Source: Candidatus Fervidifonticultor secundus (GTDB taxonomy: Bacteria; Sysuimicrobiota; Sysuimicrobiia; Sysuimicrobiales; Humicultoraceae). Taken from it: DNA of 64,000 nt. The DNA lies in contig JAVKIP010000006.1 of the NCBI GenBank assembly GCA_031459385.1, forward strand, positions 32,001 through 96,000, written 5' to 3'. Below are positions 9,585-18,125 of this stretch, piece by piece. The notes below the pieces were generated by a model. That model searched no databases. It had not been told where the DNA came from and was given only the letters and a program-made list of their open reading frames with translations. The first letter of the stretch is position 1. Each line of letters opens with the position of its first letter. Both the position numbers and the translations under genes were made by a program.

Positions 9585-11945
9585 ATGATGCGTTCCTCCG
9601 CAGCGATGCTGCGCCGGCTGGGCGCCGGCGTGCCCGTCGAGACGCTCTGCGCCGCCCTGGGGCTGACGCGCGCGGCGTTCGACGCCTGGTGGCGGGCGGA
9701 AGTCGCGGCACGGGTGCCGCCCACCGCGGGCACCGTCTCCGCTGGCGCCCCGGGCCCGGTCAGGATCCTGCGCGACCGCTGGGGCATCCCGCACATCGTC
9801 GCCGAGGGCGACGACGCGCTGTTCTTCGGGTTAGGCTTCGCCATGGCGCAGGATCGCCTGTGGCAGATGGACTACCTGCGCCGCCGGGCGCTCGGGCGCC
9901 TGTCGGAGGTGCTGGGCCGCGACGGTCTCGAGCTGGACATCGTGGCGCGCACCGTCGGCCTGCACCGCATCGCCCGGGCGCATCTCGACCGCCTCCCCGC
10001 GGGCACCGTCGCGGTCCTCGACGCCTTCTCGGCCGGGGTCAACGCGTGCATCGCCCTGCGGGGGGAGCGTTTGCCCATCGAGTTCTCCCTGCTCGACTAC
10101 GCGCCCGACCCGTGGACCCCGCACGACTCCCTGGCCGTGCTGGCGGAGCTGCGCTGGTACCTGACCGGCCGGCTGCCGGTGATCGCGATCCCCGAGCTGG
10201 CCAAGCGGGCGCTGCGCGACCAGACCCTCTACCAGGCGTTCCTCACGCCCGAAGCCGGCGACGAGACGATCGTGCCTGCGGGCGCCGCTCCCCGTGCGCG
10301 GCGGGTCGAGCCCGTCACCGGCGGCGGAGCCGGCGAGGGGCCGGGCAGCAACAACTGGGCCGTGGCCGGTCATCGCAGCGCCACCGGCAAGCCGCTGCTG
10401 GCCAGCGACCCCCACATCGCGTTCGGGGCCCCGAACTGCTGGTACGAAGCGCACCTCTGCGGCGGGTCGGTCAACGCCGCGGGCATCGCCTACGTGGGCG
10501 CGCCGGCGCTGCTCATGGGCCGCAACGCGCGCGTGGCGTGGGGCATCACCAACAACCTCTGCTCGCAGCGCGACCTCTACCAGGAGCGGACCGACCCCGC
10601 GCATCCGGGCGCGTTCCTCTACGACGGCCGGTGGGAGCCAGCGCAGGAGATCCGTGAAGAGATCACGGTCCGCGGCGAGCCGGACGTCGAGCTGGTGGTG
10701 CGCTGCTCGCGCAACGGCCCGCTCGTCGACCACCTGCTGCCCGGCCCCCTGCGCGAGACCGGCCCGGTCAGCCTGCGCTGGCTTGGCGCCGAGTTCAGCG
10801 ACGAACTCACGTGCCTGCTGGACGCCGCGCGCGCCGACAGCGTGGCCGCCTTCCGCGCCGCGCTGCGCGACTGGGGCGTGCCAACGTTCAACTTCGTCCT
10901 GGCCGACGTCGACGGCCACATCGCCTACCAGTGCGCCGGCCGTATCCCGATCCGCGAGCAGTGGGACCGCGCCTACCGGCCCGGCTGGGACCCCGCGCAC
11001 CAGTGGAAGGCGTTCATTCCCTTCGACGACCTGCCCGCGGTCGTCGACCCGCCGGCGGGGTGGGTACGCACCGCCAACAACCGCAACGCCCCCCCGGACT
11101 TCCCCTACCCGCTGTCGGGGACGTGGAGCAGCGGCCTGCGGGCCCGACGCATCCGCCAGATGCTGGAGGCGCAGGACCGGTTCACGGTGGACGCCTTCGC
11201 CCGCATGCAGCTCGACGTGCTCTCCCTGCGCGCGGTCGACGGCGTGCCTCCCCTGCTGGCGCTGCTCGACGGCGCCGGCGACCCGCGCCTGGCCGCCGCC
11301 TCAGCCGTGCTGCGCGCCTGGGACCGCCGCATGACCGTCGACGCCGTGGGCGCGATGATCTTCGAGGTGTTCTTCGCCGAGTGGTGCCGGACCGTGGCCG
11401 CCGAGCGCTTCCCGGCCGCCATCGTCGATCTCATGGCCACGGCCAGCGCCGGCCTGGCCCTCGCGCTGCTGGCCGACGACCCCTGGGGATGGTTCGCCGG
11501 TGGCGATCGCGCTGCCGCCGCAGCCGAGGCGCTGCGGCGCGCTCTGGACGTCCTCGAGGCCCGCTTCGGCGCCGACATGCAGGCCTGGACGTGGGGCCGC
11601 ATGCACACGATCCCGCTGCGCCACGTCCTCTCGGGGCGGGGCGACCTGGGGGGGCTGCTCGACCGGGGCGGCGACCCCGTGCACGGCAGCGGCGTCACCG
11701 TCTGCAACACCGGCTATGATCCCAACTACCTGGCCAGCCTCGGCGCCAACTATCGCCTGATCGCCGATCTGGCCAGCGATCCCCCCGGCCTGTGGGCGGT
11801 CGATGCCGCAGGCACCTCGGGCGAGCCCGGGAGCCCGCACTACTGCGACCAGCTGCCCGAGTGGCTGGCCGGGCGGTACCACGTCATCCCGCTCGACCGC
11901 GACCGGGCGGAGCGAGAGGCCGCGAGCGTTCTGGTCCTCGAGTAG
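9585..11945 (+). CDS. Penicillin acylase family Ntn-hydrolase
   Basis: RDRWGIPHI, AQDRLWQMD, GSNNWAV (catalytic Ser), LASDPH, TANN, SPHYCDQ. Confidence 0.92.
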   Translation: MMRSSAAMLRRLGAGVPVETLCAALGLTRAAFDAWWRAEVAARVPPTAGTVSAGAPGPVRILRDRWGIPHIVAEGDDALFFGLGFAMAQDRLWQMDYLRRRALGRLSEVLGRDGLELDIVARTVGLHRIARAHLDRLPAGTVAVLDAFSAGVNACIALRGERLPIEFSLLDYAPDPWTPHDSLAVLAELRWYLTGRLPVIAIPELAKRALRDQTLYQAFLTPEAGDETIVPAGAAPRARRVEPVTGGGAGEGPGSNNWAVAGHRSATGKPLLASDPHIAFGAPNCWYEAHLCGGSVNAAGIAYVGAPALLMGRNARVAWGITNNLCSQRDLYQERTDPAHPGAFLYDGRWEPAQEIREEITVRGEPDVELVVRCSRNGPLVDHLLPGPLRETGPVSLRWLGAEFSDELTCLLDAARADSVAAFRAALRDWGVPTFNFVLADVDGHIAYQCAGRIPIREQWDRAYRPGWDPAHQWKAFIPFDDLPAVVDPPAGWVRTANNRNAPPDFPYPLSGTWSSGLRARRIRQMLEAQDRFTVDAFARMQLDVLSLRAVDGVPPLLALLDGAGDPRLAAASAVLRAWDRRMTVDAVGAMIFEVFFAEWCRTVAAERFPAAIVDLMATASAGLALALLADDPWGWFAGGDRAAAAAEALRRALDVLEARFGADMQAWTWGRMHTIPLRHVLSGRGDLGGLLDRGGDPVHGSGVTVCNTGYDPNYLASLGANYRLIADLASDPPGLWAVDAAGTSGEPGSPHYCDQLPEWLAGRYHVIPLDRDRAEREAASVLVLE

Positions 11946-12026
11946 CGCGACGCGTGACGGCGGGCGTCGGCCAGGGCGGTCGCCGGTCGGCACCTCGGCC
12001 CCGCCGTCTGGCGGCCGCGCCGATCC

Positions 12027-12055
12027 TTGACGTCGGCAGAGACCGCCCATACCGT
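12027..12055 (+). promoter_or_regulatory. Putative sigma70 promoter of the ABC/nucleoside hydrolase operon
   Basis: TTGACG-17 bp-TACCGT. Confidence 0.45.
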
Positions 12056-12110
12056 TTTCTGTAGAGGGAACCTGACGTCCGCGCTGGCGCGGTTCGCCGG
12101 AGGTGCACCG

Positions 12111-13382
12111 GTGCACATCAGGTCTGTGGTGCGCAAGGCCGTGGTCCCCGTCCTGCTGCTCGTCCTCGTGCTGCCTCTGGCGCCTGCGTTTCCGCAACCC
12201 CGCCCGACGCTGAAGATGATCTGGGTCGGCTGGCCCGAGGCGCACATCGTGCCCCTGGTGCAGGCCGCGGCGGCCGACGCGGGCGTCGAGGTCGACCTCG
12301 AGCGCATCCCGTTCGGCCGCCTGTTCGAGACCCTCGACATCCGGCTGGGCGCGCGCACCAGCACGCCCGATGTCTACGCGGTCGACGGTCCGATGACGGC
12401 CTCCTACGCGGTGCGCGGCCACCTGCTGCCGCTGGACGACGTCTTCACCGCCGACGAGAAGCGCGACTGGCTGCAGGCCTGCGTCGACCAGGGGACGTTC
12501 GACCGCAAGCTGTACTCGGCGCCGGTCGTGACCAGCTCGCAGCTGCTGTACTACAACAAGACGCTCTTCCAGCGCGCCGGCATCCCGTTTCCGCCGGCCG
12601 ACGTCCGGCAGCGCTGGACCTGGGAGCGGGTGGTCGAGGCCGCCCGGAAGATCGCCCGTCCGTCCGAGGGCATCTGGGGGATCGTGCTGGAGCAGACCGA
12701 TCGGCCGTACCAGATCCTGCCCCTGGCCCAGTCCAAGGGCGCGGCCGGCATCAGCCCCGACGGGCTCCGGGCATCCGGCTACATCAACTCCCCCGCGTTC
12801 GTGGAGGCCATGACCTTCTACCAGCGGCTCTTCAACGACTGGCAGGTCAGCCCCAAGGGGCTGTTCGAGATCCCGCAGGTCACGGAGCTGTTCGGCACCG
12901 GCAAACTCGCCATGCTGGTGGGAGAACTGTGGAACCTCCGCTTCCTCGAAGCCTACAAGGGCCTGAGCTGGGGCGTGGCGCCCCATCCCTACTTCCAGGG
13001 CGGGAAGGTCGTGACGCCCACGGGCTCGTGGCACGTGGGCATCAACCCGCGCACCGAGCGGCGGCGCGAGGCGATCGCGTTCGTCAAGGCGTTCGTGAGC
13101 AGCAAGGAGAACGCCATGCTCTTCGACCTGACCCGGCGCACGCCGTGCCGCCGGTCGGTGTACCGGCAGAAGGCCGGCGACTTCTCGCTGGCGCCATGGC
13201 GCATCGTCCTGCACGAGCTGGCCAGCACCGCCATCCCGCGGCCCTTCACCCCGGGCTTCCGGGAGTACGAGAACATCCTCCAGCAGGCCCTCCGCGACAT
13301 CCAGCTGGGGGCCGACGTGAAGACCACGCTGGACGCCGCCGCGGCGCGCATCGACCGGGAGCTGGTGAAGTACCGGCAGTGA
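12111..13382 (+). CDS. Sugar ABC transporter substrate-binding protein
   Basis: Signal peptide, PDV, LYYNKTLF, WTWE, GKLAM; GGAGGT before GTG 12111. Confidence 0.88.
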   Translation: MHIRSVVRKAVVPVLLLVLVLPLAPAFPQPRPTLKMIWVGWPEAHIVPLVQAAAADAGVEVDLERIPFGRLFETLDIRLGARTSTPDVYAVDGPMTASYAVRGHLLPLDDVFTADEKRDWLQACVDQGTFDRKLYSAPVVTSSQLLYYNKTLFQRAGIPFPPADVRQRWTWERVVEAARKIARPSEGIWGIVLEQTDRPYQILPLAQSKGAAGISPDGLRASGYINSPAFVEAMTFYQRLFNDWQVSPKGLFEIPQVTELFGTGKLAMLVGELWNLRFLEAYKGLSWGVAPHPYFQGGKVVTPTGSWHVGINPRTERRREAIAFVKAFVSSKENAMLFDLTRRTPCRRSVYRQKAGDFSLAPWRIVLHELASTAIPRPFTPGFREYENILQQALRDIQLGADVKTTLDAAAARIDRELVKYRQ

Positions 13383-13490
13383 GCGTCCAGGCGCGCGGGT
13401 CCCGCTGCGAGGGTCCCGCTGTGAGCGTTCTGCCGTGAGCGTCCCGCTGTGAGCGTTCTGCCGTGAACGCCCCGCCGTGAGCCTCCGTCG
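13379..13490 (+). repeat. Degenerate 14-bp tandem repeat, about 8 units (consensus GTGAGCGTYCYGCY)
   Basis: gtgagcgtccaggc|gcgcgggtcccgct|gcgagggtcccgct|gtgagcgttctgcc|gtgagcgtcccgct|gtgagcgttctgcc|gtgaacgccccgcc|gtgagcctccgtcg. Confidence 0.9.
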
Positions 13491-14349
13491 CCACGAGGCG
13501 GCCCTGCCGTACCTGCTCATCGCGCCGGCCATCGGCGGGCTGTTGCTGTTCCGCGTCTACCCCATGGTCCTGGCCCTGTGGCAGAGCCTCCATACCGAGA
13601 CGCTGGACGGCCTGCAGCGGTTCGTGGGGCTGGCCAACTACCTGGCGATCTTCTCCGACCCCCACGTCTGGAGGGCGATGCGCGTCACGGCCGTCTTCAA
13701 CTTGATCGTCAACCCGCTGCAGATCGCCCTGGCCCTGGCCCTCGCCCTGCTCGTCAACCGTCGCCTGCCCGGCATCGGTCTCTTCCGCACCGCGTACTTC
13801 CTGCCGATGACCGTCTCGCTGACCATCACGGCCATCATCTGGAACCTGGTGCTGAACCCCCAGCTGGGACTGGCCAACGGCATCCTGGTACGGCTGGGCC
13901 TGCCGCCCCAGCCGTTCCTGATCAGCGAGCGCCAGGCGCTGGGGTCGATCATCCTGTTGGCCACGTGGAAGGGCGTGGGGTACTGGATGGTCTTCCTGCT
14001 GGCCGGGCTGCAGCAGATCCCTGCCACGGTCTTCGAGGCCGCGAGCCTCGACGGCGCGACGCCCTGGCGGCGGTTCTGGGCCGTGACGTTCCCGCTGCTG
14101 CGCCGCGTGCTGGCGTTCGTGCTGGTGGCCGATCTGGCCATCAACATCCTGATGTTCGTCCCCGTCTACCTGCTGACGGGCGGCGGGCCCCACGGCTCGA
14201 CGGAGCTGCTCATGTTCCACGCGTACCGCGTCGCTTTCGTCTTCCTGGACTGGGGGCGGGCGACGGCGATCTCGGTGCTGATCGTCGCCGCGCTGCTGGC
14301 GATGACCGGGGTTCAGCTGCGCCTGCTGCGGGCGGAGTTCGAGTACTAG
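13477..14349 (+). CDS. Carbohydrate ABC transporter permease
   Basis: FVGLANY, EAASLDGA (EAA loop), LTGGGP. Confidence 0.92.
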   Translation: MSLRRHEAALPYLLIAPAIGGLLLFRVYPMVLALWQSLHTETLDGLQRFVGLANYLAIFSDPHVWRAMRVTAVFNLIVNPLQIALALALALLVNRRLPGIGLFRTAYFLPMTVSLTITAIIWNLVLNPQLGLANGILVRLGLPPQPFLISERQALGSIILLATWKGVGYWMVFLLAGLQQIPATVFEAASLDGATPWRRFWAVTFPLLRRVLAFVLVADLAINILMFVPVYLLTGGGPHGSTELLMFHAYRVAFVFLDWGRATAISVLIVAALLAMTGVQLRLLRAEFEY

Positions 14350-14351
14350 CC

Positions 14352-15245
14352 GTGGCCGAGGCCCTCGGGTCGCGCATCGCTCCCGCCCGCACCGTGGCCC
14401 TCGGCTGGCGCCGGACGGGCTGGTCGCGGGTGGCCCTCTACGCCGTCCTCACCCTGATCGCCGTGGCCATGCTCACCCCCCTCTACTGGGCGCTGCTGTC
14501 GGCGGTGCGCCCGCAGGAGGTGGTCTTCCAGCACGTCCGGCCGGTGAGCTGGCGGACCTTCGTCCCCCAGGAGCTGACGCTGCAGTACTTCGGCGAGGTC
14601 CTGACGCGCACACGGTTTCCCCGGGCGCTCGCCAACAGCCTGTTCATCAGCCTCACCACGGTGGCCGCCGGGCTGCTGGTGAACTCGCTGGCCGGCTTCG
14701 GGTTCGCCAAGTTCGACTTCCGGGGGAAGGGGCCGCTGTTCGTGGTGGTGCTGCTGACCTTCATGATGCCCTTCGAGGCCATCGTGATCCCCCTGTACAT
14801 CCTGATCCGGCGGCTGGGATGGGTGGATTCGTACCTGGCGCTGATCGTGCCGGCGATCCCCCACGGGCTCTCGATCTTCCTGTTCCGGCAGTTCTTCGCC
14901 GAGTTCCCCAACGACCTGCTGGATGCCGCGCGCATCGACGGCGCCCCCTGGCGGACGATCTACTGGCGCATCGTCGCGCCCCTGTCGGCGCCGGCGTTCA
15001 TCAGCGCGGCGGTGATGCTGTTCATCCTGCAGTGGGACGCGTTCTTCTGGCCGCTGGTGGCCGCCAACTCGGCCGCGCACACCGTGGTGCAGGTCGAGAT
15101 CTCCCGCTTCGTCATGCAGGAGTCGACCTCGTGGGGACGCCTGTTTGCGTCGACGGCGATGGCCATCGGCGTGCCGATGACGCTGTTCTTCGGCCTGCAG
15201 CGGTACTACGTGCAGGGCATGACGGCCACGGGCCTGCGGGTCTAG
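14352..15245 (+). CDS. Carbohydrate ABC transporter permease
   Basis: ANSL, DAARIDGA, FFWPLV, LQRYYVQG. Confidence 0.92.
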   Translation: MAEALGSRIAPARTVALGWRRTGWSRVALYAVLTLIAVAMLTPLYWALLSAVRPQEVVFQHVRPVSWRTFVPQELTLQYFGEVLTRTRFPRALANSLFISLTTVAAGLLVNSLAGFGFAKFDFRGKGPLFVVVLLTFMMPFEAIVIPLYILIRRLGWVDSYLALIVPAIPHGLSIFLFRQFFAEFPNDLLDAARIDGAPWRTIYWRIVAPLSAPAFISAAVMLFILQWDAFFWPLVAANSAAHTVVQVEISRFVMQESTSWGRLFASTAMAIGVPMTLFFGLQRYYVQGMTATGLRV

Positions 15246-15322
15246 CCCGGCGCGGCAGCCCGGCCGGGGCAGCGCTCCCGGCGTGGGCCGCGGCGGCTCC
15301 GGCCCGGCACAAGGAGGGAGAC

Positions 15323-16300
15323 GTGGCGCACGGGGAGCCCCCGGCGGTGCTGCTCGACGTCGACACCGGCCACGACGACGCCTTCGCCATCCTGCTGGCG
15401 GCGCGCCGGCTGCGCGTCATCGGCATCACCACGGTCTGCGGCAACGCGCCGCTGGAGCGCACGACCGAGAACACCCTGAAGATCCTCGAGGCGGCGGGCC
15501 TGACCGACATCCCGGTGGCCGCCGGCATGGCGCGCCCGTTGCTGAGCCCGCCGCTGCACGGCCCCGAGATCCACGGCCCCTCAGGCCTGGACGGCTACGA
15601 CTTCCCGCCGCCCCGCCTCCGCCCCGATCGGCGCCATGCGGTGCCGTTTCTCATCGAGGAGATCCGGCGTCACCCCGGCTGCTGGCTCATTCCCACCGGG
15701 CCGCTCACCAACATCGCCGTGGCTCTGCGGGAGGCGCCCGACCTCAAAGACGTCCTCGCCGGGATCAGCCTGATGGGCGGCTCCACCGAGGGCGGCAACG
15801 TGACGCCGGCCGCCGAGTACAACATCTACGCCGACCCGGAGGCCGCCGCGGTGGTCTTCGAGTCCGGCATTCCCCTGTGGATGGCCGGCCTGAACCTGAC
15901 GCGGCAGGCCCTCACCACCGACGACGAGGTGCGCCGGCTGCGGGCACTCGGCACCCTCCTGGGCCGGGTGGCCGCCGACCTGCTCGACTTCTACAACGGC
16001 ACCGCCCGGCGGGTGTTCGGCCGGCCGGGCGGCTACCTGCACGACCCGTGCGCCGTGGCCTGGCTCATCGACCCGGCCGTCGTGGTGTTCCGCCCCGCCC
16101 ACGTCGCGGTCGAGCTGCACGGGACGCTCACCCGCGGGGCAACCGTGTGCGACCTGCGCCACGTCACGGGCACCCCGGACCAGATCCAGGCCCTCGAGGG
16201 CGTGCGCCGCGGCAGACCGCCCAACGCCCAGGTAGGCATGCACCTCGACCGGGCGCGGTTCCTCGACCTGCTGCTGGGGGCGCTCGGCGAGTACCCGTGA
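15323..16300 (+). CDS. Nucleoside hydrolase (IU-NH family)
   Basis: DVDTGHDDA, IHGPSG, GPLTNIA, LMGG, AEYNIYADPEAA, LHDP; AAGGAGG RBS. Confidence 0.92.
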   Translation: MAHGEPPAVLLDVDTGHDDAFAILLAARRLRVIGITTVCGNAPLERTTENTLKILEAAGLTDIPVAAGMARPLLSPPLHGPEIHGPSGLDGYDFPPPRLRPDRRHAVPFLIEEIRRHPGCWLIPTGPLTNIAVALREAPDLKDVLAGISLMGGSTEGGNVTPAAEYNIYADPEAAAVVFESGIPLWMAGLNLTRQALTTDDEVRRLRALGTLLGRVAADLLDFYNGTARRVFGRPGGYLHDPCAVAWLIDPAVVVFRPAHVAVELHGTLTRGATVCDLRHVTGTPDQIQALEGVRRGRPPNAQVGMHLDRARFLDLLLGALGEYP

Positions 16301-16344
16301 GCCTGGGCCCGGGTGCGTGCCGGACCCGTGGCGCAGTTCACCCT

Positions 16345-16520
16345 GCCAGGCCCGCCGCCGCACCCCGTTCGGGATCATCCGCATGGCCAGCGCCAAGAAC
16401 AGCGTGCCCATGACGCGGCTGGAAACGTGCACCCCGGTCACCGCCCAGCCCCCGCGGCAGCAGCTCGGCGCACAGCAGCACCAGCCACCGGGTGAGCATG
16501 GTGAGCGCGATCGATCGCCA
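16345..16520 (-). pseudogene. MarC family membrane protein C-terminal remnant (frameshifted)
   Basis: SIALTMLTRWLVLLCAELLPRGLG, frame change, then VTGVHVSSRVMGTLFLALAMRMIPNGVR, resembling the MarC C-terminus. Confidence 0.6.
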
Positions 16521-16582
16521 GCTCCACCAGCCCCAACCGCAGCGCCACCGCTGGCGCGCCTCCACTGCCGGCCGAGAAACGA

Positions 16583-16591
16583 TGCTACAAT
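16583..16591 (+). promoter_or_regulatory. Extended -10 (TGCTACAAT) upstream of tctC
   Basis: TGn-TACAAT in an AT-rich patch about 40 nt before the start. Confidence 0.5.
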
Positions 16592-16629
16592 ATCTAGTGT
16601 CACCACTGTCGAGTGCGGGAGGGATGGTC

Positions 16630-17589
16630 ATGGATCGCCGGAGGCTGCAGGTGGGCGCGCTGCTGGCCACGGTCGTGCTCCTCCTGTCGAGTGCGGCGGG
16701 ATGGGCCGCCTACCCGGAGCGCCCCATCCGGTTCATCGTCCCCTGGGCCGCAGGGGGCGACACCGATGCGATCATGCGGGTCGTCGCCCGCGGCCTCGAG
16801 AAGGACCTGGGGGTCCCTGTGGTCGTCACCAACATCCCAGGCGCGTCGGGCACCGTGGGCGCCCGCGAGGCCAAGGCTGCGCCCGCCGACGGGTACACGG
16901 TGTTCGCCGTGCACGACTCGATCCACACCACCTTCTATACCGGTGTGGCCGAGGTCAACTACTGGGACTACACGCCCGTGTGTCTCATCACCTCCACGCC
17001 GTCCATCGTGGCCACGCACCCGCTGCGGTGGCGCGCCATGAAGGAACTCATCGAGGACGCCCGGAAGCGACCCGACGAGGTGAAGGCGGGCGCCACCCTG
17101 GGTTCCACGAGCCACTTCTTCCTGGCCCTCATTGAGAGGAAGGTGGGCGCACGGCTGTGGCGGTACGTGCACTACGAGGGCACTGCGCCACGCATGACCG
17201 CTTTGATGGGCGGCCACATCGATGTCGCGGAGACCAACCTGACCCAGATCGACAAGATGCGGGGCGGCCAGATGCGCCTGCTGGCCATCGCCACCGACAA
17301 GCGCCACCCCGAGGCGCGGACGATCCCGACGCTGAAGGAACTGGGCATCGACGTCGTCTACGCGGTGAACCGCGGCCTAGTGGTGCCCCGGGGGACGCCC
17401 GAGCCAGCGGTGGCGCGGTTGGAGCAGGCCTGTGAGAAGGTCGCACGCGATTCGGCGTTCGCCGAGGCGATGCGCCTGCAAGGGACCGACGTGCGGTTCC
17501 TCAACCGCCAGCAGTACACCTTCTTCCTGCGGGAGAACGACGCGCTGAACAAGGGGCTGGCGGACGCCCTCGGCTACCGCCGGCGCTGA
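16630..17589 (+). CDS. tctC: Tripartite tricarboxylate transporter substrate-binding protein (Bug/TctC)
   Basis: YPERPIRFIVPWAAGGDTD, NIPGASG, DGYT, PTLKELG. Confidence 0.9.
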   Translation: MDRRRLQVGALLATVVLLLSSAAGWAAYPERPIRFIVPWAAGGDTDAIMRVVARGLEKDLGVPVVVTNIPGASGTVGAREAKAAPADGYTVFAVHDSIHTTFYTGVAEVNYWDYTPVCLITSTPSIVATHPLRWRAMKELIEDARKRPDEVKAGATLGSTSHFFLALIERKVGARLWRYVHYEGTAPRMTALMGGHIDVAETNLTQIDKMRGGQMRLLAIATDKRHPEARTIPTLKELGIDVVYAVNRGLVVPRGTPEPAVARLEQACEKVARDSAFAEAMRLQGTDVRFLNRQQYTFFLRENDALNKGLADALGYRRR

Positions 17590-18122
17590 TGCGGCGTCCC
17601 GGACCGATGGGATGGGACGGCGTCGTCGGACTGCTGCTGCTGGCCCTCAGCGTCTGGCTGTGGCGGACTGCCGGCGAGATCCCGCAGCCTCCTTTCCTGC
17701 CGCTGGGTCCGGACTTCTACCCGCGCCTGCTGCTGGCGCTGCTGGCGATCCTGGCGGTGGCCCTGGTCGCCGCCGACCTTCGGGCACACAGGCACCGCCT
17801 CGAGGGCCCCCGCTCGCCCTCGACAGACCGGCGAGCGGAGCGCCCGGAGGGCGCTCCGGCGCCACAGGCAGGGCTCCGGGCCCCGACGCGCTCCCGCGTC
17901 CTGTGGACCTACGTCCTGTTCGGCGCCTACGTGACCTTGATGCCGGTGCTGGGGTTTCGCCTGGCGACGTTTGCGTTCGTCGCAGCCCTGACGTTGGTGT
18001 TGGGCCCCCGTACCCCTGCGCACGCCGCAGTCAGCCTGGGCAGCGGGCTGGCCACAGCCCTGCTGACCCATGTGATCTTCGAAACCTCCTTACGCATCCT
18101 GCTGCCGCGAGGCGTCTGGTAG
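17589..18122 (+). CDS. tctB: Tripartite tricarboxylate transporter small subunit
   Basis: GPDFYP, about 4 TM helices, LGF, C-terminal LLPRG; lies between tctC and tctA. Confidence 0.82.
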   Translation: MRRPGPMGWDGVVGLLLLALSVWLWRTAGEIPQPPFLPLGPDFYPRLLLALLAILAVALVAADLRAHRHRLEGPRSPSTDRRAERPEGAPAPQAGLRAPTRSRVLWTYVLFGAYVTLMPVLGFRLATFAFVAALTLVLGPRTPAHAAVSLGSGLATALLTHVIFETSLRILLPRGVW

Positions 18123-18125
18123 GCG

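Noticed and set aside
13379..13490. Possible CRISPR array
   Set aside because: Units are 14 bp and contiguous with no unique spacers, and there are no cas genes in the window.
12111..15245. ABC operons lacking an ATPase gene
   Set aside because: Common; carbohydrate ABC systems often share an MsmK-type ATPase encoded elsewhere.
16606..16704. Near-direct repeat CTGTCGAGTGCGG...GGGATGG at 16606 and 16684
   Set aside because: Only two copies, one inside coding sequence, with no element between them; no function can be supported.
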